DNA from: Candidatus Terrybacteria bacterium RIFCSPHIGHO2_01_FULL_43_35
Lineage (GTDB): Bacteria > Patescibacteriota > Minisyncoccia > Terrybacterales > GWB1-40-14
NCBI GenBank assembly: GCA_001822815.1
Contig: MHSR01000008.1
Span: 49,602-113,601 of the forward strand
Direction: 5' to 3'
Length of the DNA stretch: 64,000 bases
In this document: positions 1 to 9,535 of the stretch, piece after piece
How the letters are laid out: every line of letters begins with the position of its first letter
Numbering within the stretch: position 1 is the stretch's first letter
Program-made: the position numbers and the translations under genes
The notes under the pieces: generated by a model
Databases searched by the model: none
What the model was told of the DNA's origin: nothing
The model's input: the letters and a program-made list of their open reading frames with translations, nothing else

Positions 1-2
1 TG

Positions 3-194
3 CCAAGAAGGATGGGCGAGGTTGTGACAAAAAAACAGCTTGTCGCTCCCATTTCTTTATCCGCCTTGGCTCCTAAAAATAATTCTTCCGATTCCAACTC
101 TAAAGAACGCAAACCTCCCGATATAGAAGGTCTGCGGGAATTACTACATGGAGTAATGAGAGAAGAGGATTCAGATAAAAACGAAACCAAATAG
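3..194 (+). CDS. 3' end of a gene running in from outside the window (hypothetical)
   Basis: The frame is open to the window edge, ends in TAG at 192-194 and is followed by a terminator hairpin. Confidence 0.5.
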   Translation, partial: PRRMGEVVTKKQLVAPISLSALAPKNNSSDSNSKERKPPDIEGLRELLHGVMREEDSDKNETK

Positions 195-240
195 CGATTT
201 TGAATCATTCTTAAAAATTCGTTGTCACCAACTATATATC

Positions 241-262
241 AAAAGCCGCTTTAGCGGCTTTT
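241..262. terminator. Intrinsic terminator (bidirectional type)
   Basis: aaaagccgc-ttta-gcggctttt. Confidence 0.75.
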
Positions 263-270
263 GTGTTTTG

Positions 271-320
271 TTTACAAATCAAAATAATTATGATATAGTT
301 TCGGCAAGGAACATTGAAAA
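271..320 (+). promoter_or_regulatory. Sigma70-type promoter followed by a boxA-like motif
   Basis: tttaca-17 nt-tatagt, then aacattgaaaa at 310-320; an AGGAG SD precedes ATG 344. Confidence 0.55.
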
Positions 321-343
321 TCCTGTATTCATAAGGAGAACAG

Positions 344-1717
344 ATGGAAGGTTCTAATTCTGTCAACAAGTCGCGCAAATCAATTTTTCATAAATTGAAG
401 TACAGAATAGCCGGAAGACACCTTTTTTATTTGGGGGGTCCCATAGATTCTAAAAAGGTTACGAATTATGGTTCCGATTGGCGCGAGCAATATTCGACCG
501 ATATAGTAACTTTGGGCGAAGAATTGGGGTTTAATTTTGCGGCTTACGATCCCTCGGAAGAAGAGCCTGATATGCTTGGCTACCCGTTTGAGGATTGGGG
601 CAACTTGAAAACTGCCTTGCGCATGAATAATGATTTTGCAACTTTTCGCAAGATGATGAGTGAGGTAATGAAGCTCGATCTCAAAAGAATATCACAGAGT
701 TGCACTGTGATCATGCGCTGGAAGAATGAAATACCGGCTTTCGGTACCATCCACGAACTTTTTTATGCCAGGCAGATCGGTATACCGGTAGTTCTGATCC
801 TTGAAGACAAACGTGAAGAACTTAATCCTTGGCTGGATTGCTTGACTGCGGATTTGGATATAGATATCTTTTATTCCTGGGCAGAGTTCTTAGCCGACCT
901 TCACGATAAACATAATCGCAGTTTGTGGTTTGCCTTCTTCATGCGTTATGGGCAAGTTATAAGAAGCTTGACCGTCGCATGGCGTAAATTACTATTTAGG
1001 TTGGTTGATATAATTGGTCCGCGCCCGTTTGCGTCATTCCGCGGGCGGCGTTCTTCGCAAGTTTATAAAGACGTTTCATCGCAGCATCAACCCTCGCATC
1101 CTTGGGCGATTATGCTAATAGGCCCTCCGTTAGGCGGCAAAACGACGCAGGCTGAAGAATTGTCCAGATTGCTTAACCTTCGTCATATAGAAACGAGCCA
1201 GCTTATACGTGATGCATTGGGTCTTTTACCAGAGAATTTGCAAGAGAACGAAGATTTCAGGATTGAACTATACGGTCAAAAATATTCACTTGTTGAAGAA
1301 AAACGAAAGTACGACGCGAAGGAATTAAATGATAGTAATTTTGTTTTCAGTCTTATTATTCAAGCCCTGGAAGAAGCTGCGGAGTCGCATAACGGCGTAG
1401 TTTTTAGCGGCTCGCCACGTCGTGTTGAAGAAGCTGAGCGTCTTGTTCCGAAACTTCGCGAAGTTTTACCGGAAGCCGTTACACGCGCCTTCGAGTTTGT
1501 TATTACGGACGATGTCGCTATAGCGCGGGCTTCTGAACGACAGCGCGAAGGGGATTTTGATACTCCTCAAAACGTTATAAAACGCATGCGTATTTACGAA
1601 GAACAGACGTATCCAGTTGTTGAATGGTTAAAGAAACATCGTGTAAGAGTAATACGCCTAGATGCCGGAAAGTCTAAAGCGCATATCACGCGCATGATAT
1701 TGCACAAAATAGACTAA
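344..1717 (+). CDS. Fusion of a nucleoside 2-deoxyribosyltransferase-like domain and an adenylate/NMP kinase
   Basis: N-terminus has YLGGPID and FGTIHELFYARQIGIPVV (NDT-like GTxxE motif). C-terminus has a P-loop GPPLGGKTTQAE, SGSPRRVEEAE (DGFPR-like) and R..D...VIKRMRIYEEQTYPV. Confidence 0.7.
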   Translation: MEGSNSVNKSRKSIFHKLKYRIAGRHLFYLGGPIDSKKVTNYGSDWREQYSTDIVTLGEELGFNFAAYDPSEEEPDMLGYPFEDWGNLKTALRMNNDFATFRKMMSEVMKLDLKRISQSCTVIMRWKNEIPAFGTIHELFYARQIGIPVVLILEDKREELNPWLDCLTADLDIDIFYSWAEFLADLHDKHNRSLWFAFFMRYGQVIRSLTVAWRKLLFRLVDIIGPRPFASFRGRRSSQVYKDVSSQHQPSHPWAIMLIGPPLGGKTTQAEELSRLLNLRHIETSQLIRDALGLLPENLQENEDFRIELYGQKYSLVEEKRKYDAKELNDSNFVFSLIIQALEEAAESHNGVVFSGSPRRVEEAERLVPKLREVLPEAVTRAFEFVITDDVAIARASERQREGDFDTPQNVIKRMRIYEEQTYPVVEWLKKHRVRVIRLDAGKSKAHITRMILHKID

Positions 1718-1747
1718 AAAACACTCCGCCATACAGGCGGAGTTTTT
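1718..1747 (+). terminator. Intrinsic terminator
   Basis: actccgcc-ataca-ggcggagt followed by a T run. Confidence 0.75.
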
Positions 1748-1792
1748 AAATAATATATTGTGCAAATCGTTGATTTATTATAGAAATATCCC

Positions 1793-2881
1793 ATGGACAA
1801 TAAAACCAATAAAAAGATTTATGTGGGTTTGTCTGGAGGAGTAGACAGTTCAGTAGCCGCCGCCTTGCTTAAAGAGCAGGGTTTTGATGTTACGGGTATT
1901 TTCATTAAATGTTGGTCGCCGGAATTTGCCGGATTTTCTTCGGCAGAAGAATGCCCTTGGGAGCAGGATCAGAAAGATGCTGAAGATGTTGCTAAAAAAT
2001 TAGGCGTTCCGTTCAAATCGCTCAATTTGGAAAAGGAGTATTGGGAAAGGGTTTCTAGTCCGACAATTCAAGATTACGCGCGAGGGTTAACTCCAAACCC
2101 GGATGTTCTATGTAATAAAGAAATAAAATTCGGTTTATTTTTGGAATATGCCTTGCGTCAAGGAGCGGATTTGATAGCTACGGGTCATTACGTTAAAAAA
2201 TCAGCTGATAATTCTTTATTGTGCGCTGAAGACATCAATAAAGACCAGTCTTATTTCTTGTGGATGTTGAATAGAGTGCAGTTAGAAAAATGCCTATTTC
2301 CGATAGGAGATTATACAAAACAAGAGGTACGCGATATGGCCAGAAAATATGCTTTGCCTACCGCAGAAAAATCAGACAGTCAGGGCATATGTTTTGTAGG
2401 CAATGTTCCAATACGCCAATTCCTCAAGCATTATATTGAAGAGAGGCCGGGTGAAGTAGTAACCTTAAACGGTAAGGTTGTTGGACGTCATGAAGGCGTT
2501 GCATTCTATACTATCGGTCAACGTCGGGGGATCGGTTCATTCGGAGGCGAAGCACCGTATTATGTTACTAAAAAGGATTTATCCGCAAATACTATTACTG
2601 TTGTCCCGCCCTCGCAAATAGAACAGCTTTATCAAGACAAACTCGTCGCTTCAAATACAAATTGGATCAGTGGACTTCAGCCAGTTTTGCCATTAAAGTG
2701 TTTTTGCAGGATAAGATATAGGCAAGAATTGCAGAAATGTACCATTGTTGATTTTACTGACGGTTATTTGCAAGTTGAATTTAGTAAGCCTCAGAGAGGC
2801 ATAGCTGAGGGGCAATCAATCGTTTTTTATGACAAAGATGTTGTAATAGGCGGAGCAATTATCCACCACAATTTTACTTGA
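1793..2881 (+). CDS. mnmA: tRNA 2-thiouridine(34) synthase MnmA
   Basis: SGGVDSS, TPNPDVLCNKEIKFG, ATGHY, KDQSYFL, DSQGICF. Confidence 0.96.
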   Translation: MDNKTNKKIYVGLSGGVDSSVAAALLKEQGFDVTGIFIKCWSPEFAGFSSAEECPWEQDQKDAEDVAKKLGVPFKSLNLEKEYWERVSSPTIQDYARGLTPNPDVLCNKEIKFGLFLEYALRQGADLIATGHYVKKSADNSLLCAEDINKDQSYFLWMLNRVQLEKCLFPIGDYTKQEVRDMARKYALPTAEKSDSQGICFVGNVPIRQFLKHYIEERPGEVVTLNGKVVGRHEGVAFYTIGQRRGIGSFGGEAPYYVTKKDLSANTITVVPPSQIEQLYQDKLVASNTNWISGLQPVLPLKCFCRIRYRQELQKCTIVDFTDGYLQVEFSKPQRGIAEGQSIVFYDKDVVIGGAIIHHNFT

Positions 2882-2896
2882 AGTTTTTAGAAACAT

Positions 2897-4762
2897 ATGA
2901 CTTTCAAAGAAATAAGAGAAAAATTTATAAAATTTTTTGAAAGGCATGGCCATACAGCTGTGCCATCTTCTTCTTTGATTCCCGACGATCCTTCGGTTTT
3001 ATTGACTACGGCAGGTATGCAGCAGTTTAAGCCCTATTGGGGGGAACTTGATCCGGAGCAAACTATACATCCCAGCATAGGCAAACCAGTTGGTAAAAAT
3101 GCCGTTTCTATACAGAAATCCTTTAGGACTTCGGATATAGATGAAGTGGGAGATGAAAGCCACCTTACTTTCTTTGAAATGATGGGCAATTTTAGCTTCG
3201 GCGGCTACTTTAAGAAAGAGGCTATTGCTTATGCGCATGAGTTTCTTACCAAAGAATTGGGTCTTAAAATTTCATATGTAACCGTATTTGAAGGAAATGA
3301 AGCTATGGGCGTTCCTGAAGATAAAGAGTCAGCTGCCATATGGAAAGAGCTTGATCCTGCTATAAGGATTGAAAAACAAGGCATGGAAAACGTTTTTTGG
3401 GGTCCTACAGGCGCTTCTGGTCCTTGTGGTCCCACCACGGAGGTTTATTTTAAAAATGCCCAGGGACAGGATATAGAAACGTGGAATTTAGTTTTTAACG
3501 AATATTTTTATCCTGGTTCACGCGAAGAATTATTAAACAGCGCGCCAGGAAAAAAGTTGGAAAAATTAAAAACACCAGGAGTTGATACGGGTATGGGGCT
3601 TGAACGGATAGCAATGATTGTTCAAGAAAAGAAAAATATTTTTGAAACTGATCTATTTGAACCTATATTAAGAGCCGTTATTGAAATTCAAGGAGATAAG
3701 CCAATTCAGCAGATTAGGTTAATCGCAGATCATTTGAGGGCAGTAACTTTTTTGATTGCCGATGGTCTTGAGCCAGGAATAGATGAGCGTAATTATATTC
3801 CGAGACGTTTAATACGAGATGCTATGACGGCTCATTATTTGTATATAGGGGCAGGTATAGATATCAATTTCTGTGTTGATCCTGTAAATACAATTATTGA
3901 TATATATAGAAAAGATTATCCGTATCTTTTAGAAAAGCGAGAAGAAATTATTTCGATAATACGAAAGGAGACAGAAAATTTTTCTAAGGTTTTAAAATTG
4001 GTTGGTAATGTTTTGGATCTAAAAAAACAATATATTAGTTTTAGTACAGAAAAGAAATGGCCCGAGGTTAGATCGGGAACAGATATAATTGATTTAGACG
4101 GCAAAATTTTATTCGATATACGTCAGTCTATAGGAGTAAGCTGGTCGCAAATGAAAATGGTTATAGAAAAAGAAGGATTTGAATTAGGCGATAAAGTGCT
4201 TACTGAATATGATGAGGCGTATAAAAAACACCAGGAATTGTCTCGTGCCGGTCAGGAAAGAAAATTCGGCGGACACGGGCTTCTTTTAGATACCGGCGAA
4301 CTCAAAGCCGCCAACGAGGAAGAGCTCAAAAAAGTTACCCGTCTTCATACCGCAACGCATATGCTCCAGGCGGCTTTGCGCCAGATTTTGGGTCAGGAGA
4401 TTTATCAGATGGGATCGGATATAACCGTTGAAAGACTTAGATTTGACTTCACTTTCTCAAGAAAAGTCACTCCCGAAGAATTATTACAAGTAGAATCTCT
4501 AGTGCGACGAAAGGTTAGTGAGAATTTGCCGGTTAACAAAACAGAAATGCCAATTGAAGATGCTAAAAATTCAGGAGCCCTTACTGTTGCAACAGCAAAA
4601 TATCCCCCGATGGTTAAAGTTTACTCTATAGATGATTTTTCAAGAGAAGTTTGCGGCGGACCCCATGTTTCCCGCACATCCGAAGTGGGTGAGTTCAAAA
4701 TAATTAAGGAAGAAGCTTCTTCAACCGGAATTCGCAGAATTAGAGCTGTAGTTTCGCCATAA
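2897..4762 (+). CDS. alaS: Alanine--tRNA ligase, short form with editing core but no C-Ala domain
   Basis: TTAGMQQFK, HLTFFEMMGNFSFG, GPCGP, VDTGMGLER, ADHLRA, HTATH, EVCGGPH. Confidence 0.95.
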   Translation: MTFKEIREKFIKFFERHGHTAVPSSSLIPDDPSVLLTTAGMQQFKPYWGELDPEQTIHPSIGKPVGKNAVSIQKSFRTSDIDEVGDESHLTFFEMMGNFSFGGYFKKEAIAYAHEFLTKELGLKISYVTVFEGNEAMGVPEDKESAAIWKELDPAIRIEKQGMENVFWGPTGASGPCGPTTEVYFKNAQGQDIETWNLVFNEYFYPGSREELLNSAPGKKLEKLKTPGVDTGMGLERIAMIVQEKKNIFETDLFEPILRAVIEIQGDKPIQQIRLIADHLRAVTFLIADGLEPGIDERNYIPRRLIRDAMTAHYLYIGAGIDINFCVDPVNTIIDIYRKDYPYLLEKREEIISIIRKETENFSKVLKLVGNVLDLKKQYISFSTEKKWPEVRSGTDIIDLDGKILFDIRQSIGVSWSQMKMVIEKEGFELGDKVLTEYDEAYKKHQELSRAGQERKFGGHGLLLDTGELKAANEEELKKVTRLHTATHMLQAALRQILGQEIYQMGSDITVERLRFDFTFSRKVTPEELLQVESLVRRKVSENLPVNKTEMPIEDAKNSGALTVATAKYPPMVKVYSIDDFSREVCGGPHVSRTSEVGEFKIIKEEASSTGIRRIRAVVSP

Positions 4763-4817
4763 ATTTGAGTTATCAACAATTGGTTTAAATGTAAAGATGC
4801 ATTATAATAAGGGAGTA

Positions 4818-6032
4818 ATGCGTTTTCCATTTTTTGATTCTTCAACCAGGAGCAAAAAAATTCTAATTATTCCGGATGGTGTTAAATCCAACGTTTTTGT
4901 TTTAAGTAATGATGGTAAATTGCAGCGTTTTGTGTTTTTGCTTGAAGATAGTGAAGATAGCAAACCAAATATTTTTGCCTTTGCTCCTTGGCTTGAAGCT
5001 CGCGAGCAATTTTTTTATAAAATAAAGTCGCAAATTAAAGATACATCAGACAGTATGTTGACCGTTGCTTTCCCGACGGGCGTATGCCGCCTTGTATCCA
5101 CGTCTTTTCGGCTTAACAGGCATAGACCATCAGATAAAATAGAGGAGCGGGAAATACAAAATCAAGTTTATTCAGTAATGCAGGAGGCGAGAGAAAATCT
5201 GCGCAAAGAACTTATAAACGAAGGTGGGGGAAGTTTTGTTTTGATCGACGTAACAATGGCAGATTTTAAAATAGATGATTTTGCTGTAAATAATCCAGTT
5301 GGCTTGAGGGGTAACGTAGTGGAAGCAAAATTAATAGCCATTTTTGTTTTTGCCGAGGCGGTTAATTTTGCCGAAAACCTTGCCCAAAGTTTAGGAGTAA
5401 AATTTCTGCACCAAACTTCTTTTGCCGCATTGGTTGTCCCATCCATATCTTCTATGTTTAAAAATGATAAAATTGGCTGTGGTATACTTTTTCGCGAACA
5501 GGCAACGGATATATTAATGTTTGTATCGGGAACCTTAAAATCCGTGCACACCATTTCTATGGGACGTAATGATTTCGTTAAGATTATCGCAGAAACTTTT
5601 GCACTACCGTTTATAGAAGCAGACCGAGCATTACTTGCCGATGCTCAAGGATTGTTGAGTCGAAGCATGAGCAATAGGATAAGGAAAGTTTTGAATTCAT
5701 CTACAAAACAATGGCTTTCTGCCCTCGAAATTATTTTGAATGAAAAAATAGTAAAGAATAATATACTTCCCTCCAGACTTGTTTTTTGTGGAAGCGCGTC
5801 ATTCCCTAGGGATATAATTATGAATCTTGGTTTAAGCTCTCCAGAACATGAGTCTTCACGGACAATTATCCAACCCGAAAATCTTTTTTCTTCGATTGCT
5901 CAAAAGGAATTATCACAATTCAATCTTGTCAATTTGGTTTATCCGTGGATAGCAGCAAAAGTCGATAAACAAAAAGCCATTATCGGGCCAGCTTTAATAC
6001 TTAAGGTATTTCCAACCGTAAACAGAGTATGA
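4818..6032 (+). CDS. Divergent FtsA-like actin-fold protein
   Basis: IDDFAVNNPVGLRG (FtsA 1C-like), ISMGRNDF, LPSRLVFCGSA. Start placed at MRFPFF, just after tataat. Confidence 0.6.
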   Translation: MRFPFFDSSTRSKKILIIPDGVKSNVFVLSNDGKLQRFVFLLEDSEDSKPNIFAFAPWLEAREQFFYKIKSQIKDTSDSMLTVAFPTGVCRLVSTSFRLNRHRPSDKIEEREIQNQVYSVMQEARENLRKELINEGGGSFVLIDVTMADFKIDDFAVNNPVGLRGNVVEAKLIAIFVFAEAVNFAENLAQSLGVKFLHQTSFAALVVPSISSMFKNDKIGCGILFREQATDILMFVSGTLKSVHTISMGRNDFVKIIAETFALPFIEADRALLADAQGLLSRSMSNRIRKVLNSSTKQWLSALEIILNEKIVKNNILPSRLVFCGSASFPRDIIMNLGLSSPEHESSRTIIQPENLFSSIAQKELSQFNLVNLVYPWIAAKVDKQKAIIGPALILKVFPTVNRV

Positions 6033-7750
6033 TTACGATCAATGTTTTACCGGAAGAAGAGTTATTGTCGGTTATAGACAAAATTGTCACGTCTCAGCAA
6101 CCAGATATCCGTTTGATCATTCCCAACGGCGCTAGAATCCTTGAAAGTGTTGAAAATTTCTCGCTTATCAAGCGTGAAGCCGAGGGTGCGGGTAAAGTAG
6201 TGTCTGTTGCCACAGCCGATCCAAGGGCGCGATCTTTTGCGCAATCGGTCGGTTTGGCGGTTTTTGCTGTTCCGTTATCTTATCAGGATGAAAATTTGAA
6301 TGCCGCGGCTTTCCGGCCAAGCATGTCTGATATTTTGCCGCCGTCATTTTCTGTGCATAGCGTTGTACCTCGTGCAGGTCAAGTTAAACCGATCGCTAAT
6401 ATTAGCTCCGTTCACCCGGCAGAAGAACCAAAAGAAAGGCAGGTAGATAAGAATAAAGACCGCAATTTTATAACCGAAGAATCCAGGGATATTATAGATC
6501 CACTTTTATTTCCTGAATCAGGACACGAATTTACTGATACGAATGATAAGAAAGAATTATCCCAAAGAGATAAAAATATTTTTATCTCGGTAATCAAAAA
6601 ATTCGGCTCCTGGCCTTTTTTGATTACTATTAGCGGTGGATTGGCCGCAGTAATAGTTGCTTACGCGCTTTTTCTTTCACCGCGAGCTGAATTAACCATA
6701 ATTCCCAGAACCGATGATTTTTCTTCAGATTTTTCTTTTGTTGTCGCTACAGATCCTGGTTCAGATGACATATCTGGTCAGATGGTTGAAATACAAAAAG
6801 AAGCCAGCGCAGAAATTTCATCTTCAGGTACAGCTACCGTTGAAGATAAGGCGCATGGCACCGTAAAGATTTTCAATGCTTATAGTTCTTCTCAACAGAC
6901 TTTGGTTGAGACCACGCGGTTAGTTTCTCAGGACGGAAAACTTTTCAGAACAGCCGCAACCGTCGTTATACCAGGCGCTACTATAGATAACGGCGAAATA
7001 ATTCCTTCTTCTATAGATGTGCCCATAATCGCGAATGAAGCTGGGCCAGAATATAACATTGGTCCTTCAACTTTTTCCATTCCAGGTTTCCAGGGCACGC
7101 CAAAGTATACTAAATTTTTCGGACGTTCTTCAGAGGCAATGGTTGGCGGTGCTAAAGGTACGGTTAAAGTTGTTAGCGACACCGACGTAAAGAAAGCTGA
7201 AGACGCGGCCTCTAAAGATGCCTTAGCCCAAGCCGAAGAAGAATTTGCGCAAAAGATACCTGATGGGTTTAAACTTTTAGACAGCGCCCGTTTTTTAAAT
7301 CAAGAAACCTTATCTAATGCCGCCTCTGGCGATAAAATGGACTCGATCAGATCTATCTCTAAGGTTCGCATACGCGCCATGCTTTTCCGCGAAGACGATA
7401 TTTATTCCATGATAAATGTTTTGCTCGAGAAGCAGTTTACGGCTCAAGTTGAACCAGTAGCGGGTAGCATTAAAATCGATTATTCTGTGCCGACTTTGGA
7501 ATTAGACAAAGGTCGTATGAAACTTGAGGTTAAAGTAGATGAAAGGGTGGCATGGAAGGTTGATATTGCGGATATTAAGAACGAGATTGCCGGCAAGAGT
7601 GAAGAAGAAATAAAGCAAATTATCGGCGCCAGAAGTGATATTGCGTCTGGTAAGGCTACATTTAGACCGGCCTGGGTAGATAAGGCTCCAAGCGATGTTT
7701 CTCGTATCACTATTAAACTTATTTTGGATGCAAATACCTCCTCTGAATAA
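6029..7750 (+). CDS. Bitopic membrane protein with a baseplate-J-like extracytoplasmic region
   Basis: Small N-terminal domain, low-complexity linker and one TM helix, then KAHGTVKIFN...TTRL...GKLFRT...ANEAGPEYNIG. ATGA-coupled to the upstream gene. Confidence 0.6.
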   Translation: MITINVLPEEELLSVIDKIVTSQQPDIRLIIPNGARILESVENFSLIKREAEGAGKVVSVATADPRARSFAQSVGLAVFAVPLSYQDENLNAAAFRPSMSDILPPSFSVHSVVPRAGQVKPIANISSVHPAEEPKERQVDKNKDRNFITEESRDIIDPLLFPESGHEFTDTNDKKELSQRDKNIFISVIKKFGSWPFLITISGGLAAVIVAYALFLSPRAELTIIPRTDDFSSDFSFVVATDPGSDDISGQMVEIQKEASAEISSSGTATVEDKAHGTVKIFNAYSSSQQTLVETTRLVSQDGKLFRTAATVVIPGATIDNGEIIPSSIDVPIIANEAGPEYNIGPSTFSIPGFQGTPKYTKFFGRSSEAMVGGAKGTVKVVSDTDVKKAEDAASKDALAQAEEEFAQKIPDGFKLLDSARFLNQETLSNAASGDKMDSIRSISKVRIRAMLFREDDIYSMINVLLEKQFTAQVEPVAGSIKIDYSVPTLELDKGRMKLEVKVDERVAWKVDIADIKNEIAGKSEEEIKQIIGARSDIASGKATFRPAWVDKAPSDVSRITIKLILDANTSSE

Positions 7751-7778
7751 CAAACCAGAGTGGTCTTTTTGTAAATAT

Positions 7779-7804
7779 AAAACGGCTGGGTAACCCAGCC
7801 TTTT
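7779..7804 (+). terminator. Intrinsic terminator
   Basis: ggctggg-taa-cccagcc-tttt. Confidence 0.7.
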
Positions 7805-7925
7805 CTTGCTCTCTAGCTTAAACGCGGAGCTTTATGCCTCTACTGCAGAGACCGCGCCCCAGCGCTCGGCGCGTCTAAGGCGTCTAAGGGATCCGTGGGG
7901 CGAGCCTTGTCTCTAACGGGGTTGA

Positions 7926-8054
7926 CCCCGTTAGAAATTTACAGCAGTTATTTACTATTTATTGTAAGCTTTAGCCTTTGTAGCGTATGGCAATGGCGAG
8001 AAAAGGCAAAGGCCTTTTCTCATGGCTAAATATAGCCGTAAACTTCTAACGGGG
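7926..8054. mobile_element. MITE-like element, family A copy 1 (129 bp)
   Basis: Terminal inverted repeats ccccgttagaaatttac / gtaaacttctaacgggg, flanked by the direct repeat ttga. Homologous to 13796-13923. Confidence 0.8.
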
Positions 8055-8082
8055 TTGACACATTCGTATTAAACATGATAAT
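8055..8082 (+). promoter_or_regulatory. Promoter of the infA/alpha operon
   Basis: ttgaca-16 nt-gataat. Confidence 0.55.
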
Positions 8083-8161
8083 CTCGGTTTTGTTGTGTGG
8101 TTTGCACAAAATCTTAAGTATTAATGCCGATGAAGCATTTTTATTTTGTTTATAACCTATT

Positions 8162-8374
8162 ATGGGCAGTTTAGGAGTGCGTAAGTCCGGAACAGTTACT
8201 GAAGCATTGCCCGCTACCTTATTTAAGGTGCGCCTTGAAGAAGGACAAGAAATTTTGGCCCATCTATCAGGCAAAATGCGAGTAAATTTCATACGGATTT
8301 TACCAGGAGATCGTGTTGTAGTTGAACTGCCAGATGCTAATTCTTCTCGCGGCAGGATTGTTTATCGCGAGTAA
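8162..8374 (+). CDS. infA: Translation initiation factor IF-1
   Basis: [34 protein letters not shown]. Confidence 0.97.
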   Translation: MGSLGVRKSGTVTEALPATLFKVRLEEGQEILAHLSGKMRVNFIRILPGDRVVVELPDANSSRGRIVYRE

Positions 8375-8399
8375 ATTTAGCGTCGCAAGTCTTTATTTT

Positions 8400-8513
8400 A
8401 TGAAAGTTAGGGCCTCTGTTAAAAAAATGTGTCGGGATTGTAAGATAGTCCGAAGACGCGGACGGGTTTCCGTTATCTGCAAAAATCCTAAGCACAAACA
8501 AAGACAAGGTTAA
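8400..8513 (+). CDS. rpmJ: 50S ribosomal protein L36
   Basis: [37 protein letters not shown]. Confidence 0.97.
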   Translation: MKVRASVKKMCRDCKIVRRRGRVSVICKNPKHKQRQG

Positions 8514-8612
8514 GCGGCCCCCGGTATAAATGAAAAAGTAAAATAAAAGATGGTCGTCTATGGCAATAAACCAAAATTTTAAATTTTCCATTTTTAATTT
8601 TAAATTTGAAAC

Positions 8613-8999
8613 ATGCCGCGTATTGCAGGAATAAATATACCAGAAAATAAAAATATAGAAATTTCCCTCTGTTCCATTTATGGTATCGGACGTAGTCGGG
8701 CGCGTGGGATTTTGAAGGCCGCGCAAGTCAATGCGCAGCGTAAAACTTCGGAATTATCTGCCGTAGAAGTTGCGCGCATCCGCGATTTTATAGAGAAAAA
8801 TTATCGTGTGGAGGGAGAATTGCGTCAGGAAAAATTGGCCAATATTAAGCTTCTAAAAGATATTGCTAGCTACCGTGGTATACGCCATGCTAAACGCCTT
8901 CCAGTTCGCGGTCAGCGCACCAAGACTAATTCACGAACTATACGTGGTAATGTAAGACGCACCGTCGGAAGTGGTAGAAGGAAACTGGAAAAAACATAG
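8613..8999 (+). CDS. rpsM: 30S ribosomal protein S13
   Basis: MPRIAGINIP, IYGIG, YRGIRH..LPVRGQRTKTN. Confidence 0.97.
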   Translation: MPRIAGINIPENKNIEISLCSIYGIGRSRARGILKAAQVNAQRKTSELSAVEVARIRDFIEKNYRVEGELRQEKLANIKLLKDIASYRGIRHAKRLPVRGQRTKTNSRTIRGNVRRTVGSGRRKLEKT

Positions 9000-9031
9000 T
9001 TTATCATAATTTCGAATGTAGAATTTTTATT

Positions 9032-9490
9032 ATGGGTAAGAAACACATAATTCTAAAAACTGATGAAGAGCTTATTCGCGAAAGAGAGGCGGTGGAAGCT
9101 GGTGTACAGCGTGCTGTCACGGCGATTAAACCTATAGTTAAAAAACTAGCCAACGCACAGGTACACATACTTGCTTCTTATAATAATGTTATAGTTTCAC
9201 TTACTGATGAAGATGGGAATGTTATGGCGTGGTCATCCTCCGGAACATTGGGTTTTAGAGGATCAAAGAAAGCTACCCCCTTTGCGGCCTCGCGAGTTGC
9301 CGAAGCGGTCGCAGAAAAAGGTAAAACTTTAGGCGTCGTGTCCGTTTCAGTTTTCGTAAAGGGCATAGGTAGCGGCAGAGAATCGGCTATACGTTCTCTA
9401 GCTTCTCATGGTCTTGATATACGAGCCATTCAGGACGTTACGCCTATTCCGCATAATGGGCCACGACCACGAAAGCCGCGCAGAGTATAA
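9032..9490 (+). CDS. rpsK: 30S ribosomal protein S11 with an N-terminal extension
   Basis: GFRGSKKATPFAA, DVTPIPHNGPRPRKPRRV. Confidence 0.97.
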   Translation: MGKKHIILKTDEELIREREAVEAGVQRAVTAIKPIVKKLANAQVHILASYNNVIVSLTDEDGNVMAWSSSGTLGFRGSKKATPFAASRVAEAVAEKGKTLGVVSVSVFVKGIGSGRESAIRSLASHGLDIRAIQDVTPIPHNGPRPRKPRRV

Positions 9491-9535
9491 AATATCCTTA
9501 AACAATTATTTAATTATTTTTAAATTTAAATAAAA

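Noticed and set aside
6029-7750. Prophage suggested by the baseplate-J-like domain
   Set aside because: The protein is membrane-anchored and no other phage genes are nearby.
8570-8610. aaatttt-type short repeats before rpsM
   Set aside because: Low-complexity AT tract; not a CRISPR array or a supportable regulatory element.
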